A stretch of 64,000 nt of DNA from a virus (IMGVR_UViG_3300001869_000005:1-64000), one strand, 5' to 3'; positions 1 to 10,400 are shown, numbered from the stretch's first letter. Translations and numbers: made by a program. Notes: generated by a model not told the origin, from the sequence alone.

Positions 1-30
1 CCCGACATATTGTTTTATTTTGAGTCTCTG

Positions 31-62
31 CAAAAGTAGGTAAAAAATATAATATATGCAAT
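31..62 (-). promoter_or_regulatory. Bacteroidota sigma70-type promoter, probably driving the gene starting at ATG 8 (portal position by synteny)
   Basis: Minus strand -7 TACTTTTG (31-38), 20-nt T-rich spacer, -33 ATTG (59-62). Confidence 0.6.
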
Positions 63-90
63 AACATAAGTAATTTATTAATAGGTCTAG

Positions 91-3000
91 TTATTTTTTA
101 TTAAAAACATCTTTGAATTTATAATCATAATTAACTTTAAAGAAATCATCATTACCCAAATAACTAGATTCTGATTCATCAGACCTGGAAGATAATAAAT
201 TTCCATTATACATAATCATTTTATCCTCTCTCAAAAGCATTAACATTATATTTGCAGACACTCTATCAAAGTTACCCTCTGAATTAAATCCTATAAGTTC
301 TTTAATCAACGCTCTATTCCTTATATTAAATAGATTGGGTACAGTAACTTCCTATTCTTCTCTATCAATTAACTCAACTCTAGTAGTAGGTTTAAGCAAC
401 CAGTTTCTTAACAAAGTTCTACCATATGCATTAATCGGAGCAGTAGCTACCGTACCTTTGGCTTTATTTCCAAAAGCACTTCCCTTAATCATATCCTTAT
501 CCTTTAAGAAATCAAGTATATCTGTCAATAAGTAGAGGCTATTCATCCTTGAAAAGTACGCAAACAACCCCTTTTTATTATTTTCATAATTCATTCGCCC
601 ATTAAAAAATAAACACAGTCTTCTGGCCATCTCATAGAAATCATCTGCATACTAAGGTCTACCCGTATATTCTGCAACATAATTGTCTGTCCACAAGTCT
701 AATACAAATATAGAACCTAAAGATAAAGTATCAGAACTATCATCATCATAGGGGTCAGCAGAAAGAATATATCTATTTGCAAATATTTTACCAGTTTTAT
801 CCTTCTCAGGCATTTTATATATTTCTAATGCCCCATGTATCTTATTGTCTTTGTGGGGAAATTCTCTGATTGGTATATCATTAGTAATCTTAAATTCAAC
901 TTCTCCCGACTTACTTAGAACTAAATCTCCAACAAACACATCATCATATTCTCTAGGATTCATATCTATTTGAGCCAAACGTTCTGTTAAATCTGCCATT
1001 GGAAACATATTTACTCCGACCTTAACAATAGCTTCTGCGGGAGTAATAGGAATTTCAGCAATAGTCTTAATAATTGTATTGGGATCACTGGAATTATACT
1101 TTACTTTAAATCTATTTTTTAATATCTATATAAGAGCAGCAATTATATCCGATACTCCATCTTTATTCATACATCCCTTTCTATTAATGTATCCAGGAAA
1201 GAAGAATACAAAGTCTTTTCTACCCTAATTAAATTTGTCAAATACGTTGGGTAGTGCATACATATTATATCCTCTAGGATTATACATAATTTCTTGGGCC
1301 CCAGCAAAATCAGATTCATCATCACCTGCGGTATTATGTGTTATAATGTTATTAGCTAAGTAAGTATGACTTAAACAAGCCGATAGATTGTAAATATCTT
1401 GTAACCCAACATTTTTTATACTCTTTATTTTGTATACAAGTAAATCATCTGAATATCCACATTCTTTTTTACTTTTATTTAGTTCAAACCATTCTTTTAT
1501 TAAATTTAAATTTTTGGTTTTATGGCTTACCAAAAGATTTAAAACATTTGACACTTTTATTAAATTGTTTCTACCACCTATAACTAGTGTATACCAAGAA
1601 TTCTTATCTTTTCTTCCCAATTTTATATTAGGAGAAGTTTTCGTAATACTACCAATTACACCAAATTTTCTCCATAAAATTTGTATCTATTTAAGTATAT
1701 CATCATTTGATTGGGTAATACCCACATAACTTTTTTGTCCACACGAATAAACTGTTCCATCAGTATCATATAAACCAGAAAGAAGATCAATAACATTGTT
1801 CCTATCAAGGGTTTGATAATTATTGGGCAGTCTCTTTTTGGTTTTAGTCTGACCATATATTCCTATATTTCTTAACAAAGGACAGATCTTTCTAATTCTC
1901 ATTTCTTGATAAATCTTTCCTTTCTTAGTAACGTTTGTTTTAAACACAGTATATTCATAAGATTTTTGTATATACTGTTGCAACTCAATGTCTTCTGAAC
2001 TGTATTTAGGTGTCTAATCAAATCCATAACTTCCATCACCTATTAACATTCCTATAAGTCTAGGATCAAATAGTATATCTTTCCCAAATATATTAATTGT
2101 TCTACACTCACAAATTCTATCACCTACACCCAACTAGTCTGCCGGTTTAAACTATTCTTTAAAAACAGTATTTCTTTTGTTGGCGATCTTATATGATACT
2201 TTCCTAGGATGAGAAATTGTCTATGTATATATAGGATGGTCTTTAGAACATCTTAAAATATTACCATTTGTTAATACTATTTCAACACATTCTTTTTTGG
2301 AGACATCTATTAATTTACCAATAGGTTCCTTAGTAATACCATTTGTTAAGTTTTTTAAATTATCTGTAAAATTTATACCATCACTGTATCCAATTATACC
2401 ATCTTCTTTTAAAAGGGCTTCAATTGGTATATTTCTTCCATCTATAGCCCATACTTTTGTTCCTTTACAGACACAACCCAACATATAAATTTGGCCAAAT
2501 GCTATATCCCCTTCCTATACAGAAGGCAATAACACGTTATATAGATCAAGTAACCGAGGAAAAGTTCCCATCTCCTCGATCAAAATGTCACAAGCTCGTT
2601 TACCACGAAGTTTAGATTCATCATCATTAGAGGATACACCAACAACAGAATTAAGAGTACCTTTTTCAATACCTAATTCTGCATCCTTGTATCCCATACG
2701 CCAAATCATATCTTGCATACTATCTCTTAATCGTTTCCTTGGAAACTAAGTAAATTCTGCACAAAAGTCCATCATTGGTATAAATTTACTAAGTGTACCA
2801 TCTTTACCAGATAAATACTCTTTACTAGAAGCAGTTATAATGGACATTGTATTTTTAAAAGCAATCTCATTTTCTCCTATAACAATATTGTGTGCAAGGA
2901 TAGATGCTAAGCAATAACTCTTACTCTTGCCACGACTAGCTAATTCCGCGCAATGTTGACCACCTTCCCAATTGTTATAAAGACCTCCATTTTTAGCCTA

Positions 3001-3516
3001 ATCTTTATAATGAAATCTCCAGTAGACTCCTTCCCACATATGAGGAAAATCCTAAATTCTATTAGCTCTTTTGGTACCTTCAATCATTTCTGCCAACATA
3101 ATTGGAGAATAATTCAAGTAAAAATACATTAGTCCCGTAATCCACTCACCATCAGACTCTCTAACCATACCTACCCAACACCGATCTCTTTCTTGTCTAA
3201 TCCACTTACCAAATTCAGAGTTAATATTAGCATTTGGTTTTAGATGGGTCAATACTCCATGTTTCTTGTAGTACAATGCAGTAGGCCTAAAGTAGTCCAT
3301 ATCTTCGAGAATATGTGGGTTAACTAAGTCAACTATAATTCGTCCTTTAGAATCTCTAGGTCTATCTTTAGCATAACCTCTTTTAGGATCTATTAATGTT
3401 CTTATAAAGGGAACATTATTAATAAAGTCTAACAACTAATCAGACGCCTCTTGTGGTAAAGAATTCAGTAATTCATCTGTGATTTCTGTCTAATATTTAT
3501 TAACCTATATATTCAT
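91..3516 (-). CDS. terL: Terminase large subunit, TAG-recoded, intein-containing (1141 aa precursor, about 760 aa spliced)
   Basis: ORF fragments 91-309, 352-630, 652-1008, 1225-1620, 1687-1983, 2221-2484, 2515-2718 and 3052-3435 share one frame and end in TAG except the final TAA. Motifs: Walker A-like SRGKSKS, Walker B ILIEEMG, motif III G-TAG, nuclease SADPYDDD, C-terminal GNFDRVSA. Confidence 0.95.
1333..2475 (-). mobile_element. Intein (381 aa) with LAGLIDADG homing endonuclease, inserted in terminase ATPase motif III
   Basis: Begins CVCKGTKV after extein MLG; ends ANNIITHN before +1 Thr (TAGDD); block B SKDHP; LAGLIDADG motifs LIGMLIGDGS and LLSGLYDTDGT; five in-frame TAG codons. Confidence 0.93.
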
Positions 3517-3518
3517 GT

Positions 3519-4073
3519 TTAATCATTTAATGAATCTTCAAATACACTTTTCTACCCCTAGCCCCGCATTTTTCCAAACTCTATAAGTTCAGAAGCAATC
3601 GCTTTTTCTGCAGCATCTAAGTCTTTAGCTAGTGATGGAACTTGTTTAATTGTTGCTGTAATTACATTTAAAGTATAGATAGGTTTACCCCTATCATCTG
3701 TTTCATCTAATTTAATATCTCTTAAAAGAGCTCTTAATTTATCAACGGCACACTTAGTATCTTCTAGTAGTAACACAGACATAGACTTAAAACTAAGGAA
3801 AAACTCCATAGCTTCTTGTACCTATTTATCTGGTTTCCAATTATTTGGTAAACCTTCTCCTTCTTTTATAGCATTACTTCTTAATTGATTATCTGTAATA
3901 TATTGATAATCACTTCTTGGATCACACATAAAATATATATAACCCAATTCTAGTAATGCTTTTTCCTTGTTAATTGTTTTATCTCTGTTCCAGAGTTGTT
4001 TAAAGGGTTTTAACATCAAAGCCTCTGGTTCTATTGAAATCTTATAACCCTCGTATTTGAAAAGTTTAATCAT
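3519..4073 (-). CDS. Conserved crAss-like protein upstream of terL (possible small terminase subunit), TAG-recoded, 184 aa
   Basis: ORFs 3822-4073 and 3558-3809 are in frame, joined across TAG; true TAA at 3519-3521 next to the terL ATG. Confidence 0.8.
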
Positions 4074-4088
4074 TTTTTATAAATGTAA

Positions 4089-4120
4089 ATAGCCTGTTAA
4101 GAATTTACTTAGCAGGCTAT
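4089..4120 (-). terminator. Stem-loop between the GroES-like gene and the next gene
   Basis: Inverted repeat ATAGCCTGTTAAG / CTTAGCAGGCTAT. Confidence 0.5.
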
Positions 4121-4125
4121 AATTA

Positions 4126-4554
4126 TTAATTAATAATCTTTTGTTTTGGTGGTATAATTATATGAGCCTTTATTTCTGGATCTGGTTCTTCCGACCATTC
4201 CTCCACAATAAATTCAATATCCCTGTCTTGTAAAAGTAAACACTCTATGCCATTAATAGATACAACATCAAAGTTGTATTTTGTTGTCATATTGTCTGAG
4301 ATAATACCATCTTGTAGAGTATTCTCTTTATGTTCCTTTATTGCAAATCTACTAGGATTAATACACACCAAATCCCCAACCTTTATTTCTCGCACAGAAC
4401 CGCCAATAGCAATTACTTTTTGATACTCCTTTAAACCTGTTTTTGTTTTAGTGGGATCTATAATTCCACCAGTAGTATATTTATCTGCATTGTACCTTTC
4501 CATAGAAGTCACAAGAGCAGTAAACATGGGTTTAATCTTCTTTATTTTCAACAT
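4126..4554 (-). CDS. groES: GroES/Cpn10-like co-chaperonin
   Basis: IKPM..GGIID..KVIAIGGSVREIKVGDLV..LLLQDRDI pattern of the Cpn10 fold. Confidence 0.7.
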   Translation of the reverse strand: MLKIKKIKPMFTALVTSMERYNADKYTTGGIIDPTKTKTGLKEYQKVIAIGGSVREIKVGDLVCINPSRFAIKEHKENTLQDGIISDNMTTKYNFDVVSINGIECLLLQDRDIEFIVEEWSEEPDPEIKAHIIIPPKQKIIN

Positions 4555-4813
4555 TCTTTTTATTCTTTAAATAGTTATATTTAGCCTTCCTTTTTTGCAT
4601 AGTCTCATACGTACAATACAATTTTCCAAGAGAGGGTAAGTTAAAATTAGTTCTTAGTTTAGAAAAATCTTCTTCAGATAAGTCTTCTTTTAGTGGTAAA
4701 GTTTTTGCAGTCTCTCTAATAAACTACCAATAAGATCTGTATGCTTTATTCACCAAGTCTGGAGAAATATTCAATTCTTCACCAATCTGTTTAAATACTT
4801 TAGTATAGTTCAT
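4532..4813 (-). CDS. HU/IHF-like DNA-binding protein, one internal TAG (93 aa)
   Basis: Not in ORF track; MNYTKVFKQIGEELNISPDLVNKAYRSYW(TAG)FIRE...FNLPSLGKL. Confidence 0.75.
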
Positions 4814-5197
4814 TTATTTCAGTTCAAACAATATTAATAGTTTAAACACTCCTGAATCTTCTTCTATATTTGGAATAAATCTTGGATTGATCTTATTATC
4901 TTCTATAACTTTACTTTTTCTTAATTTACCCATAATTACTTGAAAATGGGCAAGACTTATATTACAATCTTCTCTAACCTTACGTTTGGTTTCATCACTC
5001 ATAGTAACCCGATCTAAAATTGCATTATCTTTTATAACCTTACTTAAAGCATATCGCTCTTTTAAAAAGGCTGTGATAATATCCATCTCTCGTGAGGTTA
5101 AATGATGAAATGGTTGTAAGAACTCAAACCAATATCTAAAAAACTTACCTTCTATGGATGTAGGAATGCGTACTACATTGTTAGCATTCTTACTCAT
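4814..5197 (-). CDS. Hypothetical protein (possible winged-helix)
   Basis: 127 aa ORF tightly packed in the operon. Confidence 0.7.
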   Translation of the reverse strand: MSKNANNVVRIPTSIEGKFFRYWFEFLQPFHHLTSREMDIITAFLKERYALSKVIKDNAILDRVTMSDETKRKVREDCNISLAHFQVIMGKLRKSKVIEDNKINPRFIPNIEEDSGVFKLLILFELK

Positions 5198-5202
5198 ACC
5201 TT

Positions 5203-5499
5203 TTAATCTTTTGTATCAGATTTTGTATCAGGCATAACTTCTGGATCTGGAACAGTAATAATTGCTTGAATTTCATCCATTGCGTTTTTAACAAAATCTG
5301 TTTTACCATATTCAAAATATAAATTACTATTTTCTAACACCATGAACAAATAATCCAAACGCTTGAATGCATTTGTCATATTAGCCTCTTGTAGTTTAGT
5401 GTATAGTGCTTTAGCTTGCTCACTGAGTTGATGTGCTACATTACTCAGTTCTTCGTAAGACATTTGTTGTTTCTTCTCCTCTTTAACTTCTTTTGCCAT
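5203..5499 (-). CDS. Hypothetical coiled-coil protein
   Basis: 98 aa ORF, operon packing. Confidence 0.75.
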   Translation of the reverse strand: MAKEVKEEKKQQMSYEELSNVAHQLSEQAKALYTKLQEANMTNAFKRLDYLFMVLENSNLYFEYGKTDFVKNAMDEIQAIITVPDPEVMPDTKSDTKD

Positions 5500-5500
5500 T

Positions 5501-5686
5501 TTATTTTCTATTTAAAAATTTTGTACCATTTTTTTGTTCATATAACTCTTCCCATTCTTTTATATCCATAACCGCTGTTTCAGTATTTCCACAATCATCA
5601 CAATAGTCTGATTCATCTATAATCCTAATAGCCAGAGATAAACATTTTTTACAGTATGTTATAGGTTCTTTATTATACTCGGACAT
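5501..5686 (-). CDS. Small Zn-ribbon protein
   Basis: CKKC and CDDC pairs. Confidence 0.75.
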   Translation of the reverse strand: MSEYNKEPITYCKKCLSLAIRIIDESDYCDDCGNTETAVMDIKEWEELYEQKNGTKFLNRK

Positions 5687-5963
5687 TCTCTAAATACTCT
5701 CTATACCTTCCATATATTTGTTTTTTTAATTCATTAGTTACTCTACTATGTACACCAACACGTTTACTACTATTAACCCTATTGTTGAAGGGTTTGTTTG
5801 GAGCAATAACTCCTATACTAGTAACATGCCCCCTTCTTATAGCCCTTGAAACAGATTTAAATTTACCAACGGCATCAAATGTTTTTAGTCCTTGATTACT
5901 AGCAAGGTATTCTTTAAACTCTTCTTGAGACATTGGTTCTCTTTCTACTTTATTCTCTTCCAT
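5673..5963 (-). CDS. Hypothetical basic protein
   Basis: 96 aa ORF overlapping neighbours. Confidence 0.7.
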   Translation of the reverse strand: MEENKVEREPMSQEEFKEYLASNQGLKTFDAVGKFKSVSRAIRRGHVTSIGVIAPNKPFNNRVNSSKRVGVHSRVTNELKKQIYGRYREYLENVRV

Positions 5964-6112
5964 TAATTAAAGTATATTAGTACAAGTTGCCCTATTGCAT
6001 CTTTTACAATAGTAAAGCAATCTTCTTTTTTTATTTGATTATTGTTTACAAACTCTACTATTGACCGAATATTATTTGCTGAAAAGGTGTTCATCTTCTT
6101 CTCTTCCTCCAT
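5963..6112 (-). CDS. Small hypothetical protein (49 aa)
   Basis: MEEEKKMNTF...; fills the gap and its TAA overlaps the next ATG. Confidence 0.55.
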   Translation of the reverse strand: MEEEKKMNTFSANNIRSIVEFVNNNQIKKEDCFTIVKDAIGQLVLIYFN

Positions 6113-6117
6113 AAACG

Positions 6118-6543
6118 TTATCCTTTACACAATTTGAATAAAAAGTTCATCTTATTTAGTTCGTGAATAAATACTTCAGTTTCACTTTTTATACCAGATA
6201 ATTCTGGTTTATTTTCCAATCCAGTATAGAAGTTTATAGTCTTTACCTTTAGCATTTCCAACATGGTTAAAGGATCTATTGCTTCACAAGATACGCCACT
6301 AATTACATTCGGCGCCATCTTACCGTAGATTCCCATAGAATCTTCTGCTATAAAATCTTGAAAGTCTCCTACAATATCCAGTAGTTCATCTAATTTAACG
6401 TGGATGTTAAGAGCAAATGATGCCCAATGTAAATTCTTAATTTTAGTTTTATAACCCTCTAAGATATTAACATAATTTATAAAATATCCTAAACCCGAAG
6501 TAGTTACCTCTCTTTCCTAGTATTGATCAAATAATGTTTCCAT
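6118..6543 (-). CDS. Dps/ferritin-like protein, TAG at codon 9 (141 aa)
   Basis: Frame extends upstream of ORF 6118-6336 to ATG 6543 through TAG 6517-6519; ferroxidase-like NLHW...HVKLDE...DFIAE. Confidence 0.75.
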
Positions 6544-6544
6544 A

Positions 6545-7465
6545 TTATTTTGGTATTCTTGTTATTAATGATTTCATTTTTTCTTTAGTTAACATATTAA
6601 CCCTACCTCTACTGATTGCTCCACAAGTACATCTAAATAGTTCATACTTAGCAGTTTGAGTATAATGATAACCCTCTATTTTAGTTAGATGAGTGCTACC
6701 ACAATTAGCACATACGGGTTCATTAGAGTCAATATACATACCCACGTTAGGGTGATTTTTAATCCAAGGTCTAAGTTTAAGATATACTTCTTCAAGTATC
6801 TCTACATCCTTCTCATTATATACATTCATATAATGCAATGACTCTTCATCTCCTTCTAAACACTTAGACCATAATTCAAATCCTGTATGAAGTTTGTGGT
6901 CAATACCAAAATATCCAGCAAGAGCATCTAACTTATTAGAACTAAAACCAAATTGTTTCTTTACAATTTGTAGTGTATCAATTTGCTGATAAGGTTTAGT
7001 GGGGGATAACCCATTCATTAGGAACCTACTATTAATCTTAGGTATGTCAAAATTATTACCATTGTGGGCGATTACTATATCTGCTTGATTCATAACATCC
7101 CATAAAGATCTCATAATTCTACCATCATCTTCTTTTTTAACTTCTTCTGAGGTTAGTACATCTGACATTACGTCTACTGAGAATAACCATTTAGCAGACC
7201 ATGATAAACAGAACCATTCTCCTATAGTTTGATCTAAATAAATATTCTGTTGCCATCTTCCCCAAACATAAGCTTTTAATGGAGAGGTTTCAATGTCTAA
7301 AATTAATATTTTTGGAATATGCACTTTTTCATTTCTAACTGCTTTTTTAGCAACATAAATTGTGTCTCTTGTAGTCTTAAAAATTCTTGCTAATGATCCA
7401 GCACCCATATTTAACATATAGGATTTTTTAGTCATTACATCAATAATTTGTTTTAATTCTGCCAT
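6545..7465 (-). CDS. RNase H-like (DEDD) 3'-5' exonuclease with C-terminal Zn ribbon
   Basis: ILDIET, AHNGNNFD, YNEKDV motifs; CANCGS and CTCG. Confidence 0.85.
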   Translation of the reverse strand: MAELKQIIDVMTKKSYMLNMGAGSLARIFKTTRDTIYVAKKAVRNEKVHIPKILILDIETSPLKAYVWGRWQQNIYLDQTIGEWFCLSWSAKWLFSVDVMSDVLTSEEVKKEDDGRIMRSLWDVMNQADIVIAHNGNNFDIPKINSRFLMNGLSPTKPYQQIDTLQIVKKQFGFSSNKLDALAGYFGIDHKLHTGFELWSKCLEGDEESLHYMNVYNEKDVEILEEVYLKLRPWIKNHPNVGMYIDSNEPVCANCGSTHLTKIEGYHYTQTAKYELFRCTCGAISRGRVNMLTKEKMKSLITRIPK

Positions 7466-7483
7466 TCTTATTTATTTAATTTG

Positions 7484-7555
7484 TTGCGAGAGGTAGATTC
7501 GAACTACCGACCACGAGGTTATGAGCCTCATAAACTGCCACTACTCCATCTCGCA
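7484..7555 (-). tRNA. tRNA with CAT anticodon (Met; Ile2 not excluded), CCA not encoded
   Basis: Acceptor TGCGAGA/TCTCGCA, anticodon arm TGAGG-CTCATAA-CCTCG, T arm GGTAG-TTCGAAT-CTACC. Confidence 0.9.
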
Positions 7556-7559
7556 AATT

Positions 7560-7765
7560 TGACCCACTACTTTAGCTTAGGGTCTACAGCTAACTAGAAG
7601 CTTTCTGCAGATAAGTCTAGTGCGCCCAATTGTGTTGAAAGTAATTAACTTACAGGGACAATTGGCTCTATTAGGAGAGGGGACTACAGATGCACTTCTG
7701 CACCTAGGCAAGTTTTTTATTTAATGTGAGGTTCCTCATACCTCATTACAGTTTTTATCCCCTCA
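7560..7765 (-). ncRNA. Candidate structured ncRNA between the two tRNAs
   Basis: No convincing ORF; stems GAGGGGAT/GTCCCCTC, CCAATTG/CAATTGG, CTAGA/TCTAG, GACCC/GGGTC. Confidence 0.45.
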
Positions 7766-7781
7766 AATGATTTTAATTATT

Positions 7782-7857
7782 TGGTCGCCCCACTAGGATT
7801 CGGACCCAGACTAAGAGTTTTAGAGGCTCCTTTGCTAAACCATTACAACATAGGGCA
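7782..7857 (-). tRNA. Amber suppressor tRNA (anticodon CUA), tRNA-Gln-like body, CCA encoded
   Basis: TGCCCTA...GGAGC-CTCTAAA-ACTCT...CTGGG-TCCGAAT-CCTAG-TGGGGCG-A-CCA; anticodon at 7821-7823. Confidence 0.93.
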
Positions 7858-7875
7858 ATATATTCTTAATCCCTT

Positions 7876-8202
7876 TTACATAAAACACTTTTGCATTAAT
7901 TTATCTTTTTCCTCTAGGGTAAGAAAGTCCCATAGGATAAAAAAGTCTACACCATTTTCTTGTTTAAATTTTGTAAAATTTTCAGCCATTGTTGAGAAGT
8001 ATATCCTTCCTTTATCAAAATTAAATTGACAGGTTTTTAAGAATTTCAAAACAATATCTGCGGTTCTATCGTCAATGCTTTTAGGTTGTGTATCCGATTG
8101 GTTAATCGTCTCTTTTAAAGAATTATTATATTCTATCAATATGTTTATATTCTTTTCTAATTCTTTTTGTTCAAAAATAAGCTGTTCTTTTAAATAACTC
8201 AT
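7876..8202 (-). CDS. Hypothetical protein, co-transcribed with the tRNAs
   Basis: 108 aa ORF directly after a promoter. Confidence 0.65.
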   Translation of the reverse strand: MSYLKEQLIFEQKELEKNINILIEYNNSLKETINQSDTQPKSIDDRTADIVLKFLKTCQFNFDKGRIYFSTMAENFTKFKQENGVDFFILWDFLTLEEKDKLMQKCFM

Positions 8203-8228
8203 GTTTTTAATTGTTTTTAATTATAATA

Positions 8229-8260
8229 CAAAGATAAGTAAAAAATCTGAGACTACCAAA
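8229..8260 (-). promoter_or_regulatory. Bacteroidota sigma70-type promoter upstream of the suppressor tRNA operon
   Basis: -33 TTTG (8257-8260), 20-nt spacer, -7 TATCTTTG (8229-8236). Confidence 0.8.
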
Positions 8261-8282
8261 TATTTTGGTAACTATTTTTAAA

Positions 8283-8528
8283 TTATTTTGAGTTTTCTTT
8301 CTTTTTCACAATAAACTGTAGTAAAAAGATAGAGGCAAGTCCTACAATTACTACTCCTGATAGAACTTCAGATGGAACTGATTCTCTAAATTCTCCTGGA
8401 ACCTTATCCCAGGCAATCCAAATTGCACCACATGCCGCAGATAGTCCTGTAAGAATATTCTATATTCCAGTTACAAATGCAGGAGTATGGGAGAAGAATC
8501 TCTGTTTTAGAGTTAGTTTCTTTTTCAT
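8283..8528 (-). CDS. Putative holin / two-TM membrane protein with an internal TAG (81 aa)
   Basis: Not in ORF track; basic N-terminus, hydrophobic segments ILTGLSAACGAIWIAW and VLSGVVIVGLASIFLLQFIV, basic tail; TAG at 8460-8462. Confidence 0.6.
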
Positions 8529-8634
8529 ATTAGTCTTATATAATTTTGTTTTTTATTAGATCTCAAATCAATAATAATATGTAAATACTTTTTACCTATT
8601 TTTATTTTAAATCTATATACGTGTTTTAATATAT

Positions 8635-8844
8635 TCATTTTTTACATATATTATCACTACCTGTCATATAAGTAGTCATTCCTGGTTCTCTTACTTGTTC
8701 TCTTTCAGAACTGCATATAGGGCATTTACATCCACTATCAATTACTCTACCTACTACTTTATCATAGTAGAGAGTTACTTTGTTTTCCACCATTAGATCT
8801 CCGTGAAGAGAGCATAATTCATTTGTACATTTATATATTGGCAT
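8635..8844 (-). CDS. Small Zn-ribbon protein
   Basis: MPIYKC..C...CPIC. Confidence 0.7.
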   Translation of the reverse strand: MPIYKCTNELCSLHGDLMVENKVTLYYDKVVGRVIDSGCKCPICSSEREQVREPGMTTYMTGSDNICKK

Positions 8845-8845
8845 A

Positions 8846-9748
8846 TTATTTTTTCTTTTTTAAATAAAACCTATCATATACTTCAAATGGTTTACCCGCA
8901 CCTAATGGTTCTGCTAATCCTTTAGTATCCCATATATCATAATATGATATATAATTTCCTTCTTTGTCTTTTCCTTTACTTACTTGGTAATTTCCTAATT
9001 CTCCTAACCCACTTCTAGAATTTTTATTAGTCGTTGGAAAAGGATAATATCTAGGAATATTATATTTGTTATCTGATATTTTTGTTATTGGTGCAGAATT
9101 TGCTGTCTTGTTTTTATTTTCTTCATAAATGTCCGTTCCTCTTTCTATCCCATACTATTTTATTAACTCATTCTTATATGCAGTTTTATAATCTCCTCCA
9201 GTTTTTATATCTATTGAATCTATATAATTAGATAAATCTTGCATAAATGGTTCTATTTTAGGATCATTTATAGAAATATAAGTATTTTTATCATTACTGT
9301 TATTTGCAGGTTTATACTTACTTTCAGACAATAAATCATTTACAGGATTATAACCACCATAATAACTTCTTAATTCACTGTATGTATTTATATTACTTTC
9401 ATTCATTGGTCCTGTAAAAATACCTTGTAAACCTTGTGTAAGAGGGGATAATAAGTTTCCTTTAAAATCTTTTCTAGTGGTTATAGGTTCATTGTGATTC
9501 ATAATCTAGTAAGGTAATTTTTCCTATGACTGTTTGTGTTCAACAATCTTTTTAGGAGCAACTAGTTTAATCTAGGTATTATCCTACATCATCATTGTAT
9601 CATTAGGTCTCTATAGATTTAACTTCAATCCACCACCCTCAGCAAAACTGTTGTAATGCTATTTTATATCCTATAGAGAACTCATTCCACCCTTCACATA
9701 AATTCCCATCAATTCAGATCTTTGTGACATACTTAATTTATCCCACAT
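8846..9748 (-). CDS. TAG-recoded hypothetical protein (300 aa), possibly virion-associated
   Basis: ORF 9155-9502 extends in both directions through TAGs; begins MWDKLSMSQRSELM...HYNSFAEGG and ends GNYISYYDIWD...GKPFEVYDRFY. Confidence 0.75.
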
Positions 9749-9773
9749 ATATTTTTAATTTAATTTGTTCATT

Positions 9774-9800
9774 AAAAAAGCCCCTCTTAGTAGAGAGGCT
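9774..9800 (-). terminator. Rho-independent terminator closing the DUF559 unit
   Basis: Minus strand AGCCTCTCT-ACTA-AGAGGGGCT followed by a T tract. Confidence 0.75.
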
Positions 9801-9806
9801 GATTAG

Positions 9807-9929
9807 TTATTTCCAATTGATGTTATCCTTTTTCACATTCCATACATGAGCTGCCATTGTTTTACCTTCACTATTTTCAAGGGACATAAACTCATATACT
9901 TCTTTTTCCTTCTTTACTTTCTTCTCCAT
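9807..9929 (-). CDS. Small hypothetical protein (40 aa)
   Basis: MEKKVKKEKEVYEF...; lies between the nuclease and the terminator. Confidence 0.45.
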   Translation of the reverse strand: MEKKVKKEKEVYEFMSLENSEGKTMAAHVWNVKKDNINWK

Positions 9930-9935
9930 TTGTTT

Positions 9936-10391
9936 TTAAATAAAATCGTTTAACTTCTTAAATACTTTCATGAGATCTTTCATCTCATCATTAGTGTATC
10001 TGAGTACTCTAAATCCTTGTTGTTCTATAAGTAGAGTTCTATACGCATCTTTGATTATTTGTTCAGGAGTAGTATGGTATCCACCGTCAATCTCTATGAG
10101 AACTTTAGTTCCTTTAATTTGAAAATCTGCAATATAGAATTTCTCAATCAGATTTCCTTTATATAAGTAGATTATCTTCTGTTGTTCTAAAGGAATCTTA
10201 AACTTAGAGAGAAATTCATAGAATACCTTTTCAGCTCCTGTAGAATCATTTAATAACTTTTGTCTATTCTCATTTGCTACTCTTTTAAAAAATGTATTAT
10301 TATCCTCCTTAGGAATACTAGTAGTTTGATTTCTCGCACCCGTAAGACTTCCTTTCTTTAACTTAAAGAGTTTTACTTTTAATTCACTCAT
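9936..10391 (-). CDS. DUF559/Vsr-like endonuclease, copy 2
   Basis: FYIADF..IEIDGGYH..DAYRT..GFRVLRYTN. Confidence 0.9.
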   Translation of the reverse strand: MSELKVKLFKLKKGSLTGARNQTTSIPKEDNNTFFKRVANENRQKLLNDSTGAEKVFYEFLSKFKIPLEQQKIIYLYKGNLIEKFYIADFQIKGTKVLIEIDGGYHTTPEQIIKDAYRTLLIEQQGFRVLRYTNDEMKDLMKVFKKLNDFI

Positions 10392-10400
10392 TGTTTTTTA

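Noticed and set aside
91-3516. Terminase and RNAP regions as pseudogenes or sequencing errors
   Set aside because: The interruptions checked are all TAG in a single frame, catalytic motifs are intact and a CUA tRNA is present, which indicates recoding
7440-7781. Theta (HDV-like) ribozyme immediately 3' of the tRNAs
   Set aside because: Both tRNAs are followed directly by AT-rich sequence and I could not build the HDV nested double pseudoknot
7781-8029. Plus-strand 82-aa ORF
   Set aside because: Antisense shadow of the suppressor tRNA and the 7876-8202 gene
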